64,000 nucleotides of DNA. Source: Octopus bimaculoides. Taxonomy: Eukaryota. Below, in pieces: positions 26,169 to 39,724 of the stretch. The notes beneath the pieces are model-generated. The model worked only from the letters and a program-made list of their open reading frames with translations. It had not been told where the DNA came from and searched no databases. The stretch covers positions 28,985,014 through 29,049,013 of the forward strand of contig NC_069003.1 in NCBI RefSeq assembly GCF_001194135.2. Direction: 5' to 3'. The position numbers were made by a program, and so were the translations under genes. Numbering within the stretch: the stretch's first letter is position 1; every line of letters starts with the position of its first letter.

Positions 26169-27628
26169 TTAACTCATTAATACATATTAAATAGGTTGAA
26201 ATCCGAATGTAAAAATGTCATTAAGAAGCAGACAACGAGTATTTGGCGCTATATGTTATCAGTAGGAGTATAAGAAAATAAATAAACACACTTTCAAGAG
26301 AAGCGACAGATTTATTATATATTTCTAAAAGCCTTCTAAATACTAATTGAAATTGGAAAAGGAATAATTGAAAAATATCCAAACAAAAAAAATCAAATAG
26401 ATGTGGAAACAAACATGAAATTTAAATGAATTTAAAATTATATTTCTGAAATACTTGGTTATAATCGAAATTGTTGTTTCAAATCGGGAGAATGTAGACA
26501 AACAAGACGTCTGGATGCGATAGATAAGAATTGTTGCCGAAATTTCGAACTGCAATATTGTTTAAGCAGGATTGAATTGTGAAATGCAACAGGTTGCGAA
26601 GATATACAAATGAGTTATTGCTAGTTAGTCGATCAAAATGGAGAAAATTCTGCTTTATCTCACTTTCCACTACAAAACTGTGATATGACACCTCCACAAG
26701 CAATAAGGATATACATATATATATATATANNNNNNNNNNNNNNNNNNNNNNNNNNNNNNNNNNNNNNNNNNNNNNNNNNNNNNNNNNNNNNNNNNNNNNN
26801 NNNNNNNNNNNNNNNNNNNNNNNNNNNNNNNNNNNNNNNNNNNNNNNNNNNNNNNNNNNNNNNNNNNNNNNNNNNNNNNNNNNNNNNNNNNNNNNNNNNN
26901 NNNNNNNNNNNNNNNNNNNNNNNNNNNNNNNNNNNNNNNNNNNNNNNNNNNNNNNNNNNNNNNNNNNNNNNNNNNNNNNNNNNNNNNNNNNNNNNNNNNN
27001 NNNNNNNNNNNNNNNNNNNNNNNNNNNNNNNNNNNNNNNNNNNNNNNNNNNNNNNNNNNNNNNNNNNNNNNNNNNNNNNNNNNNNNNNNNNNNNNNNNNN
27101 NNNNNNNNNNNNNNNNNNNNNNNNNNNNNNNNNNNNNNNNNNNNNNNNNNNNNNNNNNNNNNNNNNNNNNNNNNNNNNNNNNNNNNNNNNNNNNNNNNNN
27201 NNNNNNNNNNNNNNNNNNNNNNNNNNNNNNNNNNNNNNNNNNNNNNNNNNNNNNNNNNNNNNNNNNNNNNNNNNNNNNNNNNNNNNNNNNNNNNNNNNNN
27301 NNNNNNNNNNNNNNNNNNNNNNNNNNNNNNNNNNNNNNNNNNNNNNNNNNNNNNNNNNNNNNNNNNNNNNNNNNNNNNNNNNNNNNNNNNNNNNNNNNNN
27401 NNNNNNNNNNNNNNNNNNNNNNNNNNNNNNNNNNNNNNNNNNNNNNNNNNNNNNNNNNNNNNNNNNNNNNNNNNNNNNNNNNNNNNNNNNNNNNNNNNNN
27501 NNNNNNNNNNNNNNNNNNNNNNNNNNNNNNNNNNNNNNNNNNNNNNNNNNNNNNNNNNNNNNNNNNNNNNNNNNNNNNNNNNNNNNNNNNNNNNNNNNNN
27601 NNNNNNNNNNNATGTGTGTGTGTGCGTG

Positions 27629-27664
<36 letters not shown>

Positions 27665-28564
27665 TATATTTATTTATTTATATATGTATATATGTCTACA
27701 TATCTACGCACGAACACGTGCACCCACACGAAAACACACACTCTCATACGCACACACATACACACACATGCATAGATACAAAATTTTAAGTTTACGGGAA
27801 GAATCCTAAAATAATCAGAAGAATATTTACATAGAGTATGACTTCTATTTTTGGGACTGCACAGATTTATTGGACTGTTTGTGGAAGGTAGAAGCCGAAT
27901 AATCGGAGTCAATTTCTACGTTTTCATGATATATGCATTAGATTAAAATGGTGAAACATTTTAAATTTGTAATGTTTTCAAAACTAAATTATTTTATCCA
28001 AATATCCAAAATGAGTCGAAGAGAAAAGATTTACAAGTTGAAAATGCCTCAATGAATATGTAATGTAATAAATTAAAATATTTTCCCTCTATTCTTCGTA
28101 TTTTCTATTTTCCTCTCCTTTCCTGTGACAATTCGGGAAAAGATTTTATATTGTTATATGTTTGTAAACATTATTTTTTCCTGTACACGACGAAGAACAT
28201 TATTTTCCTATGAATAAATACATGTATGTGTATCAGTTGATTTAATGTTTTCTTTTCGCCACATGCAACCATTCCAATAAAACATTCCGTTGCTGTTCGC
28301 TACAAGAAGTATGTTAACACAATGTCAATTATCCGAAGGAGATCATCTTAATTGTGCAGATTTAACAAAATATGTTTTGCGGAAATATAAAAGATTATCG
28401 AGAGGAAACTGCTTTCATTGTCACCATGGCAAATAATCCGTTGCTTAGTTTGTTACAGCAATGATAAAATCACACAAAGCGTCAAGTGCACATAGAGCGT
28501 GTCAACGGTAGTTGCATTTAGGATAATAAAGCGCACATACTGACACACGCATATATATGTATGC

Positions 28565-28596
<32 letters not shown>

Positions 28597-28937
28597 NNNN
28601 NNNNNNNNNNNNNNNNNNNNNNNNNNNNNNNNNNNNNNNNNNNNNNNNNNNNNNNNNNNNNNNNNNNNNNNNNNNNNNNNNNNNNNNNNNNNNNNNNNNN
28701 NNNNNNNNNNNNNNNNNNNNNNNNNNNNNNNNNNNNNNNNNNNNNNNNNNNNNNNNNNNTATGTGTGTGTGTGTGTGTGTATATGCGCTTAATGTAATTC
28801 ATTGGAATTGCATAACATTCATATTTTGTGCACCATCGTAAAATTTTATAGTGTAAATTTAGATGAATAAAATAAATCTCTGCATTTTGTAAATTAAACA
28901 GAAATTTTGGCACAATGTCAGCAAATTGGTGGAAAGG

Positions 28938-29108
28938 GTAAGTCGAAGAAATCGACCGCTGTTCACAGTTGGTGTTCATGTCTTCTACCTCGAAAGAATG
29001 AATGGCAAAGAATACTCCGGCAAAATTTGAACTCAGAACTTAAAGATGGACGAAATGCCGCTAAGCATTTTTCCCAGCGTGTTAACGACCCTGCCATCTC
29101 GCCGCTTT
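28938..29108 (-). mobile_element. tRNA-derived SINE family D
   Basis: RC aaagcggcgagatggcagggtcgttaacacgctgggaaaaatgcttagcggcatttcgtcc..tctgagttcaaattttgccgg; homologous to 63705-63940. Confidence 0.8.
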
Positions 29109-31616
29109 ACTTTTTTCTGATGTTCAACCAGCTGTCGTTAATTGGCGCGGCCTAAACGATAAAATAAACGGACCAGGTTAATGGGTTTTGTGAGATTATT
29201 ATATTTATTTCGTTTTGTAATAACGGCTACTTGTTGGCGTTCAATATCTTACATGTTATAATAAGAGAGATAAAAATGTTTTCTAACTAGAGTAATATTT
29301 CCGCTTCTGTATTGTGAGATTTCATCTTATTTTATTAACATCTCACAATCTGATAGTGACATTTTAATAACGGCATACTTCATAAGACAGATGAGAAAGT
29401 CATTAGGTGTGGCCGATGTAGTAGGATAATGAACTGTAAATGAAAACCAAACTTTCACCATGGGTGGGGTGATGGGTGCGTGATTCATAAGAGAATTTCT
29501 GTGCGGATGAATAACGTTAACATTAACATGCCGGAAATTACAGACGCATATGATTTATCAGAAAAGACCTATTTCGTGAAATATACATTTTATATTTTGA
29601 TCGATAATGTTATTCTAGAATTGAACTGTCCATTTTAATGCTGTTAGCGACTGCTTCGAAATTTTGATTTCTTATGTAAATATCAAGCTATGTTTGAAAG
29701 TGAACTTGGGAAAAAATCGAAAGGATTAGCGCATTAATTTCGTAATGACTTCAACGAAGAATATTTCGCAAGAGAAATGTAAGATTTACTGTCAGTACAA
29801 CAGCCATATTTCATTTTCTTCACATTAACTAACACATTTAAACATAAATCGTGTCTGAGAGTTCACCAACAGTAAAATTATCAAGATTTTGTAGTGATGC
29901 ACATTTCAATATCACGCAATGTCGCTTCTGAAATCATTTCATACATCGCTTAATGTCTGCAAATGTAGAGTATAACTCCTCCTTCCATTAACAGTTTAAT
30001 GTCAATTTAGTCTATCATAGGATGCAAATTAGTGTTGCATTCTACAGAACCTGCCATCTATCGATTGGAAACAACACACATTCAGTCGAATATTTGAACA
30101 TTTCCCAAAATTACTCTCATTATATTGTATTTATTTAATTATTTGTAATATATATCATAGAAAAATGACAAGTAACTTGAAAGAATGAAATGTTAGAATA
30201 CATACTCTCATTATGATTTTGCATTTAACTGTTGTTGACGAGGCAGGGCTTTTAGAACTACAGATAAATTCCTCGCTGTATTTGTTCTAGTAGGCCTCTG
30301 GATTCTACGTTTCCATCCTTCCGAAGACAAATGTACCGTATATTTTTTGTTTTAGTAAATATAGCTCCAGTCTGGAGTGTGGACTTAGCTGAGTTGTTAG
30401 GACATAGAATAAGCTGTGTTGCGATATGTATTCTGACTCATGTGTTTGAGTTCATATAGCATTCTGGATAGACTTTATACAAAGTAGAATATCACCCATG
30501 ACAGGATATCAGCTAGCAAACTAGATTTAGAGTGAATTGAAACTTGGGAAACAATTATAGAGTTTTTTTCAACAAACCAATCACCCGGTCACTAAATTTC
30601 AGGCAGCAAAATTGTCTCCTGAAATTGTTTAACAATTCACAACAAAATGGCACGAGTTATTGTTCGAATGTATTGGTTTTGTGACTTTCATAGCCTTATA
30701 TAATGACAAAATACGATGGATTTTGTTAGCGCTTGAATCGGAATTATTTCATTAGGTTGACTGGGTCTTAGAATTTTGGTAAAGAGACAAAGAGTGGACC
30801 CACAAGGTAAGATGTCCTAGAATCATCTGGTGGTGATTGGTAGATTAAGAAATGAAGTCAGGAAGCAAGATAAAGCAAATATTGATAAGCTAAACGCAAG
30901 GGAGTTTTTGGAAATCATATCCCCTACCATCAATCGAAAACGCCATTATGACGATCATTGTTAAAAGTATGTCCTCGCTAGTAGATTATTTACTCTTGGC
31001 TACGGCCAAAAGAATCGAAACTGAGTTACACATACATAACTTCCGTATATCATCTTTGTTCAAATTGTGTTAGTGTAATATTCTCCATGGTCGAGAAAAT
31101 AAGTACATGCTTTTGACTGAAATGGGAATAGTGGCTTTGCTATTAAATTTCTGATTCTATATAGTTAAAACGAATCAATATTTATTGTGTGTAATAACGA
31201 GAAGTTTGTTTTTAACTGAGTTGTTTATTTAGAACAGAAATATGTTCTTTAATGTATTTGCGTCAGTTAGAAATTTTGTAATATTCTACATTAGGTTTAT
31301 GACGAAAATAAACAAAAATAGAAGAACGCTAGATATAAAGAAGAAAGATGGGAGGATGCATATATATATATATATANNNNNNNNNNNNNNNNNNNNNNNN
31401 NNNNNNNNNNNNNNNNNNNNNNNNNNNNNNNNNNNNNNNNNNNNNNNNNNNNNNNNNNNNNNNNNNNNNNNNNNNNNNNNNNNNNNNNNNNNNNNNNNNN
31501 NNNNNNNNNNNNNNNNNNNNNNNNNNNNNNNNNNNNNNNNNNNNNNNNNNNNNNNNNNNNNNNNNNNNNNNNNNNNNNNNNNNNNNNNNNNNNNNNNNNN
31601 NNNNNNNNNNNNNNNN

Positions 31617-31659
<43 letters not shown>

Positions 31660-32039
31660 TATGTATATGTATATTTGAAAACTTCATATGTAATTTCGCT
31701 TCACACAACTAAATATCTGTGCAAATGCCATACATTGCTTTTTATTTCTTTTCATCAATTAATGTCCAAATAAATATCGAATTGTTGAACAGAAATATAC
31801 ACAACATAAATATATATTTTATTGCAAATGGTTTATAGATACATGTCTCATTGTATTGTGTTATTATTTAGTATATGACTGGTTATATTCATTGGAATGT
31901 CTCCAAACTGGTAAAGTAGTCGGTTACATCAACTCATGTACCTTAAATATGTAACTGCACTTGAATACAGAAATACAAAGTTAACATGACCTAAAGGTAG
32001 GTATACAAAGAGATATACATGTAAATATATATACATTAT

Positions 32040-32395
32040 ATATGACGGGTTTCTTCCTTCAGTTTCCATCTAACAAATACACTCACAAGGCTTTTGTCGG
32101 TTCTGAGCTTTAGTAGAAGACACTTGCTCGTTGTGTCCAGTGCTGAGAACCCACCGGGAATGATACGGCCTGGAAATAAACTTCATTTGACACAGAGACG
32201 CCTGATTTATTTCTGGTTCAATCAGTGGACGGCAGACGTGCCGGGCCACCAACTTGAAGCCTTTAGTTGAACAATCGACTCAGTACGTATTTTTAAAACC
32301 GGCTACTTGCTCTAACGCGGCTCCCTTGTCAAGCGGTTAATTTACTGGGACGTAAATACAGGAACGCCAAATGTCAGGGTGTGGTAGGAAAGGAA
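32040..32395 (-). mobile_element. Two decayed SINE family B fragments (32040-32170, 32245-32395)
   Basis: ttcagtttccatctaacaaatacactcacaaggctttt..agtagaagacacttgc and gggacgtaaatac match family B. Confidence 0.6.
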
Positions 32396-32950
32396 AAATA
32401 TAAAATACACACATATATGTACACACAATGCGCTTCTCACTTAATTCTGCAGTAGAATGAAAGAAAAAGAATTTATATTTAGCCACCTTTCTTCACTTAA
32501 AATTTCAAGGGAATCAATATACAATACCTTCACGCCTACAAACTAAGGTAACTAAAATAATAGCTTGGCGGGAGATCTTTGCAGTTGTTTTTTCCTTCTT
32601 TTATGGTTTCGCTGCCATAATTCACGAATACGTAGAACTTATTATGTGTGAATTGCTGTCATTGTTGATGTTCTGAAAAAAAAATAGCCCCAGTTATTTA
32701 TTACAATAGACGCTGGCGAAATCTTTAAGACATAAAAAAAACTTTTCATTTTTTAAAACCCAATAAGATATTGAAGCAATTTCTATTAATCTTACCCGGA
32801 AATTTAATTCTCTTCCGATCGAATGTTTCAAATTATTTGGAATAAACAGTTAAATAAAATTATTATAAAACTCTAAATCTAACAGAATTAGCATATCTAT
32901 TGAAACTATCACCATATTTGCCGACAAACNNNNNNNNNNNNNNNNNNNNN

Positions 32951-32981
<31 letters not shown>

Positions 32982-32994
32982 CACACACACACAT

Positions 32995-33110
32995 AAAGAA
33001 TTAATCGTAGACCAGGTTTCGCCATTAACGCAATTATCAATTACTTAACGCGTCCGTGGCTCTTCAGTACGTCTGTCAATGGCGAAACGTTGGTCTACGA
33101 TTAATTCTTT
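32995..33110. repeat. Inverted repeat, 32/33-bp arms (32995-33026, 33078-33110), enclosing an HHR
   Basis: aaagaattaatcgtagaccaggtttcgccatt vs RC of right arm aaagaattaatcgtagaccaacgtttcgccatt. Confidence 0.92.
33006..33071 (-). ncRNA. Canonical type I hammerhead ribozyme, GUC cleavage site (after 33010)
   Basis: CGUA-CUGAAGA-GCCA-cg-GACGC..GCGUU-aa-UGGC-GAAA-C-cug-G-UC-UACG: all core nucleotides present, helix I CGUA/UACG, G10.1-C11.1, short near-palindromic helix III (ACCUGGU). Confidence 0.85.
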
Positions 33111-33116
33111 AATGTA

Positions 33117-33537
33117 CCGTAAATCTTCAAGTATAATCCGCACTTTTTACCCAAAATTTAAAGGTCAAAATTTCTAGTGCGTACTATATATGAGGCTAAA
33201 AATGAAAAATATTTTCTAAGCAAATTTTTCTAAGTGATAAATATGTAAAGGCAATTTACTTAAAATATATTTTTCACTGACGTTATTACTGTTATTTCTT
33301 TATTTTCTGCAAAGTGTACAAAAAAGCTACACGTTTGCATTCTGTTATATATACAATAATAATAAAGGATATTACCGTATATATGTTTACAAACCAAGGA
33401 CGTTATATAGACCTTCTTGACTCATGTTATAGAAGGGGTGCGTATTATACAAAAGGTTTAAGTTTTTCAGAGGTACAGCCCCCTAAAAATCCCTTGCGTA
33501 TTATGCTCAAGAGCGGATTAGACGCGAGGATTTACGT
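33117..33537. mobile_element. Tc1/mariner/pogo-type MITE with TA target duplication
   Basis: Imperfect ~25-bp TIRs ccgtaaatcttcaagtataatccgc / RC acgtaaatcctcgcgtctaatccgc; TA at 33115-33116 and 33538-33539. Confidence 0.75.
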
Positions 33538-33587
33538 TATGTATATATATGTATGTATATATATGTATATATATGTATATATATATA

Positions 33588-33740
33588 TGCCAATCGATGG
33601 TAATTTGTTTACGTCTCTGTAACAATGGTTTTGGCAAAAAGAACGATAGAATAAATAGCAAGTACTATGATCGGTTTGTTTGTCTAAAACCGTCAAGATG
33701 GTGCCCCAGCATGGCTGTGTCCGGTGACTGAAAGAAGTAA
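33588..33740 (+). mobile_element. SINE family B tail
   Basis: aatcgatggtaatttgtttacgtc..ggcaaaaagaacgatagaataa..gatggtgccccagcatggc. Confidence 0.7.
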
Positions 33741-34182
33741 GTGATTAAAGATTCGTGTAGTTGCTTAATCTCATGTCATGATCATTGTAAATATGATGTA
33801 GGTTATTCTCGCCATTATTTGGGAGCTCAGCATCTCTAGATCAACATTACCGCAAACATTTAACTATCAAAAACGGTAGAGTAAGATTTGAGAAAGATTT
33901 GGCTGTTATTTCTAGCATGTTGATTGACTTCGTAGATAAGATAGTCCCTTGTTAGCTAGAGCGATTATCAATTTGTAGGCAATGACAACCAGAAATATGA
34001 TTCAGATTTTTCACGAATATAATTAATGCGATGCTTTTCTGACCAATTTGTCATGGAAATGCTTGTGACAGGAGATTGTCATTTCCATTTGAAAAACATT
34101 TCAGCGTGTCTAGTCAGAACTCACCTTCTCGCTCTCTCTCTCTCCTTCTCTCTCTTCCCCTTGCTATTTCCCTCTCTGTCTA

Positions 34183-34243
<61 letters not shown>

Positions 34244-34586
34244 TTGTATATATATATATATATATATCACAAAAACACAAATAGACACACAAACACGCAT
34301 ATGCAAACACGCTCACATTCTCACTCCTATTCGGTGTCAGATTCTCTTTCTTTAATTTCCTTGACTCTGTCTTTCACACTTTCATGCTCTCACGCTGTCT
34401 GTTCAAAAAGTTACTGTTTAGGAATAATGATGGTGCCAACAATAACTGAATTATCATCTTAAAGCAAAATTGAATTATCCGTAGCGGTGAAATTATAAAT
34501 AAAATATGAAAGGAACAAATAACAAGCGATATAAAAATTATAGTGTATGTTTTATTCAATTGTGACTATAATGATATTAATAATAA

Positions 34587-34614
34587 TAACAACAACAACA
34601 ACAACAACAACAAC

Positions 34615-34677
<63 letters not shown>
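34587..34677. repeat. Compound (AAC)n(AAT)n tract
   Basis: Direct reading. Confidence 0.95.
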
Positions 34678-34678
<1 letters not shown>

Positions 34679-35845
34679 GAATCATCAATAAAAGTAATGA
34701 TAAAAGTAAAAAAAAAACATGAACAACATCATCTAGAATAATATTAATGATTACTTTTATTGGTCTCAAGACGTAGGATGTAGTTCAAAGACGAAATACA
34801 AAAGAAAACAAGAAATAAATAACGGTGTCAGGGCTGTGGAGGGAAGGTTGTTTACCATCGAATTAATGAAAATAATAAACAGACATTAACAAATAAGTTA
34901 CGTTAAATAGTTATTTCAACAAAATTAAAAGAAATTCACAACGAGAAATCAACATTGAAATAGTGAACAATATAATAACGTGCATAGCCACACGTTATAC
35001 TAGCTTGCATTACATCGACGATGATTGATAACTTTCGCAGTGATTGTTAAAAGTGAGATCAGTCATTTAACCATAGAAAGTGAGATCACAGAGATTTCTG
35101 CTATTTAACGGTAAGTTCACCTTCAGATTGATCCACAATACGGCCCCTTTGAAATTCAGACAGTTCCACTTCGTGGTATATTTAAACAGTCACATATAGA
35201 ACCTGAAACATAAAAAAAGTCGATTAATAAAAATATAAACCTTTACAAGTTAAACGATGTTTTATTTCGTGTCTATATACATCTGTCATGTCTTTTTATA
35301 TACACACATACACACATATACATGTATATATATATATGTAGGATGGAGAGAGAGAGAGAGAGAAGGAGGAGCAGATAAATGGAGAGCGAGAGACTTTCTG
35401 AAATTAAATATGAACTTTTTAAAATAATCATAGAAAAATAGAATGACGCAAACCTTTTGGGAGGAAGTTTATGTGTTGTTTGCAAGCGCTTTCGCTATAT
35501 ACATACATACATATGATCATATGTGCCTCAGCGTGAGAGATTGGGGAGTGAAGGTTAAGAGAGAAGGAATGAGAGACAGAAAGAAAGAAAGGGAACTACC
35601 TTTGTGTTCTATCTAATTAGCTAGAGCGCCTAAAGCCTAATGTAATGAGTACACATGAATGTTCGTCATTAAGCCATAAGATGCATTGAAGACAGACAGA
35701 TCGCTGCCAAACAAACGCATAGAATATTGAAGAATGTAACCACACACATAGGCATACACACACACACACAGATAAAATGTATGCGCATACATACATATAC
35801 ATAATATATAAATATATATATATATACATACAGATACACACACAA

Positions 35846-35876
<31 letters not shown>

Positions 35877-37439
35877 TATACATACCTGCATACATGATGC
35901 ATATAATCCTCTTGGTTTTTGTACTAGATACGGTTTTTTCTAATTTTAGCTTTGCATTTTTACATAAGATATACAAGGAGACACTAAAAACTAAGGCATT
36001 TTCTATAGGGTGCAGTTAGTGGCTGTATGGATTTCACACATATTTGCTTGGCAATCTCGTGAAGTATGTGTGTATGTATTAACATGTATATATATGTATA
36101 TATATGTGTATATATATTTACAGAAAGACCAGTCTCCGGTTGATTTTCTGCTGGCCACTCGATAATATTTCCACATTTGATATTAACGAATTTTGACAAA
36201 CTCTGGAAACATAATATTCTTGAAATTGCGCCTCGTATCAAAGTTATACAGCTATTTTGTGTAAACATGAAATGAAAAAAATCGTATAAGTGAAAGCTCG
36301 TTAAAAACCATCTTGTTAAGCGTGCTTGAAATAACAGCGATCACATATTTACTATTGTAAGGCTTATAGTGTCCCAAGTAGCCATACCAACAAAATCACT
36401 TCTTTATTTAAAAAAAAAATATATATTTATATCGGTATCTTAAAGAATTTTCATTTTATCAATATATGTGTGTGTGTGTGTGTATCCATATATATGTATA
36501 ATTAAATATATCCATACATACATACATATATATATATATATNNNNNNNNNNNNNNNNNNNNNNNNNNNNNNNNNNNNNNNNNNNNNNNNNNNNNNNNNNN
36601 NNNNNNNNNNNNNNNNNNNNNNNNNNNNNNNNNNNNNNNNNNNNNNNNNNNNNNNNNNNNNNNNNNNNNNNNNNNNNNNNNNNNNNNNNNNNNNNNNNNN
36701 NNNNNNNNNNNNNNNNNNNNNNNNNNNNNNNNNNNNNNNNTATATTCATACACACACTTGCATAAATATTAGATGCACATACATATATATGCAAATATCC
36801 ATAGACGCATGCATATATGCATATATAGGAAAATGTATACATTTGTCAAATCAGTAGGTGATTTTCGTAGGCGATATACTAGAGGACGCTTGTCGTTCGA
36901 ATACGAGTATATATTTTCTCTTTTGTTAAGCTTGGCAAAATCAAAAAATAGACGAAGAACAAAATGTTATGCTCTCTTTAGTGACGTTTATGTAAATCCC
37001 ATTGAGGCGAACTTCGCTCTCTATCTACCTATTTTGTACAGAAAAACATATCACTAAAACATTGCAATCTACATTATCAATCCCTAACCCCTCAGTATAA
37101 TTCTAAGCAACTAATGAACTAACTTTCGACTACCAGATGGAGTTATCCAATTATCTGGTTACATATTGTTCTTATCTGTACGTTTTCTATCTTGCCATAG
37201 TAATATATTCGAGTACATAATCATTTCTGAATAATCTGGTTTTGCATTCTAACAGTGATAGATTTATAATTGATATCTTCATTGTAATACTATTCACGTT
37301 GATCAGTCTCAATGCAAGATTAAGGATACAGTACCACCCTTTTTGTTGCTCTAATCACTCTTTCTAAAGAAATGTTGTGCAAATGAAGAGATTTGGAAAT
37401 TCGTGTTTTAATATGCTCATTAAAACAAGCTCAAAATAA

Positions 37440-37720
37440 CTATGTGGTCTGTGTTAGTAAAAAATATTGTTGAAATTCTTCAGCTTCGTTAAGTAGACGC
37501 ATACTGAGAATTTTGTGCAAGATCTTGGTTAGGATATCTGTACTTGTACTAACAAAGAGATTTGCTTGAAATTTCCGTAATCCAGTTCCTAGAAGTATGC
37601 GTTTCCTTGTACTCCTTATCTTCATTGAGTCGTAGAGGCGCTCACGATATATACAGCGTTCATTGCGCCGCGAAAACTGGTAGTACTTTTTCCTCTCAGG
37701 ATCTTAATGTCTTCTTCCAG
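37440..37720 (-). mobile_element. Non-LTR (LINE) RT N-terminal relic
   Basis: Minus fragments LEEDIKILRGKST ..NW.. (fs) ISLL/STSTDILTKILHKILSMRLLNEAEEFQQ resemble EEVxxAIKxLKxGKAPG..NYRxISLL..KILAKILxxRL..EEQxGF. Confidence 0.45.
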
Positions 37721-37784
37721 AGAGAGCGGGGTGGGAGATAAAGATAGAGAGAGAAAGAGAGAATGAGAGAGAGAAGAAAAGAGA

Positions 37785-37841
<57 letters not shown>

Positions 37842-38467
37842 ACAATGTATTGTTGTATCCCAAAACGAAATACAAATATCAGAGTGAATTGAACGCAAGG
37901 TGGAGCGATGAAAAGAATAATGCAGAAAATTCTTTGCTATGCATCAACAAATCTACTATTACCATACATTCCCTAGCTTTAGGTTCCACCACCACCCAGT
38001 TTGAATTCCCAACGTAGCGACGGGTGAAATACCGCTAAGCATCTCGTTCTACCAGTTCGTCGGGTTAAATGTTACATTATTAACGTATATTATACATTTC
38101 AAGTTAGCCGATATTTCTGAGTAGTTCACAAAGATTAGTTATTCTACGTTGTGTGCAAATCAGCTCAGTAAGAATTAATTATTTTACATGGTGAACATAA
38201 GCAGTTTGTGCAAATTAGATTAAGGAAATTAACAAAAACCTAGTTTTCTGTAAGCTACAAATCTCGACATTTACAGGTCATTAGCATTTTCTTTCCGATA
38301 AAGGTTAAACAAATTTGTAATCTATTGAGAGCCGTAAATATATTCATTTTTTCTCTCGGGAACTTAAAAATTAATCCAGTGGTGTAAAGACTTTGTTCAC
38401 TCTTCACAACGTTGTCTCATTTTCCTTAGACATATCAACTCGTGTGTTACTTTTCAACCTTCTAGAC

Positions 38468-38595
<128 letters not shown>

Positions 38596-39438
38596 AACAT
38601 ACATACATGCATACGTGTTCGTAAGCTTTTATTTGTATACAAGTTTTTATACTTAATCTGGGGGTAATCACTCCAAATCGGAGTTGTAGACTTTCAGAAT
38701 GTATTGTCGTTGCCCTTCCTTCCTTCCTTTACCTAACCACGAGCGTAATTCAACCGGCATACTGCCAATAACATAAACTTGCAAGTTTTACGTTTTTCAC
38801 TTTTAGTAATCCGTGACTCATAAATATATTACATGAAACGTTTATAAAAAAAAAAAATATTGCGTGTTACAATCCCCTTGTCACTTCTATAAATCACTCT
38901 GAACATATTCATGAATATTCATATTCATACATATTTATAGTCATGTGCGATTGTAAAAGTATGTGAAGATGTTCGTCCGACTACTACAGAGAAATGAACG
39001 AATCATTGATTTTATTCGTGAAGTAGAGCGCAGCTAGTGTAATAATATAATTGTCCGTAATAAATATATTTAATAACTCTTTTGATGGAATAAACGCATT
39101 TGGCATTGCTTTCAGAAATATTAAGTTGAAATTGCCGGTCAATAAATAAAGGTTGCAATGTGTGTCTTTTAACTTAGATAATACCTTTCACATGTAGATT
39201 TCATATTAAATGTTACTGAAAACGTTTGTTTTCTGCATTTCAGTTGAACCAATTTCGTATGTCTCTTTGTTAATGCTGGGAACGTAAGAGAAATTTTCAA
39301 AATTTAGCAGCGGAAATATAAACTAAGGTCTTGTTAGCAATATCGAAAACAAAATGACTTCGTGTGAATATATTTTCAGCATGTAGAGGAGAAGGTTTCA
39401 GGCTATTTTCTTTTTTTGAAATTATAATGATTACTAGA

Positions 39439-39724
39439 CCGACGTTGGTTACGATGACAAGGGTTCCAGTTAATCCGATCAACGGGACTTCCTGCTCATG
39501 GAATTAACAGGCAAGTGGCTGAGCACTTCGCAGACACGCGTACCTTTATCGTAGATCTCAGGAAGATTCAGCGTGACACAGAATGTGACAAGGCTGGCTC
39601 CTTTGTGCCAGCTGAATAGCTGAAGTGACGTGAAATAATGTATTTTTCTCAAGGACACAACGCACGGCCGGGAATCGAACTAACGATCGTGAGCCGATTA
39701 CCCTAGTCACTAATTCACGCGCCT
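39439..39724 (-). mobile_element. Chimeric SINE: family C head/CORE-like region + tail T1
   Basis: RC head aggcgcgtgaattagtgactaggg..gttcgattcccggccgtgcgttgtgtccttgag..tttcacgtcac..cagctggcac joined at aaaggagccagccttgtcac to the tail seen at 1962-2132. Confidence 0.85.
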
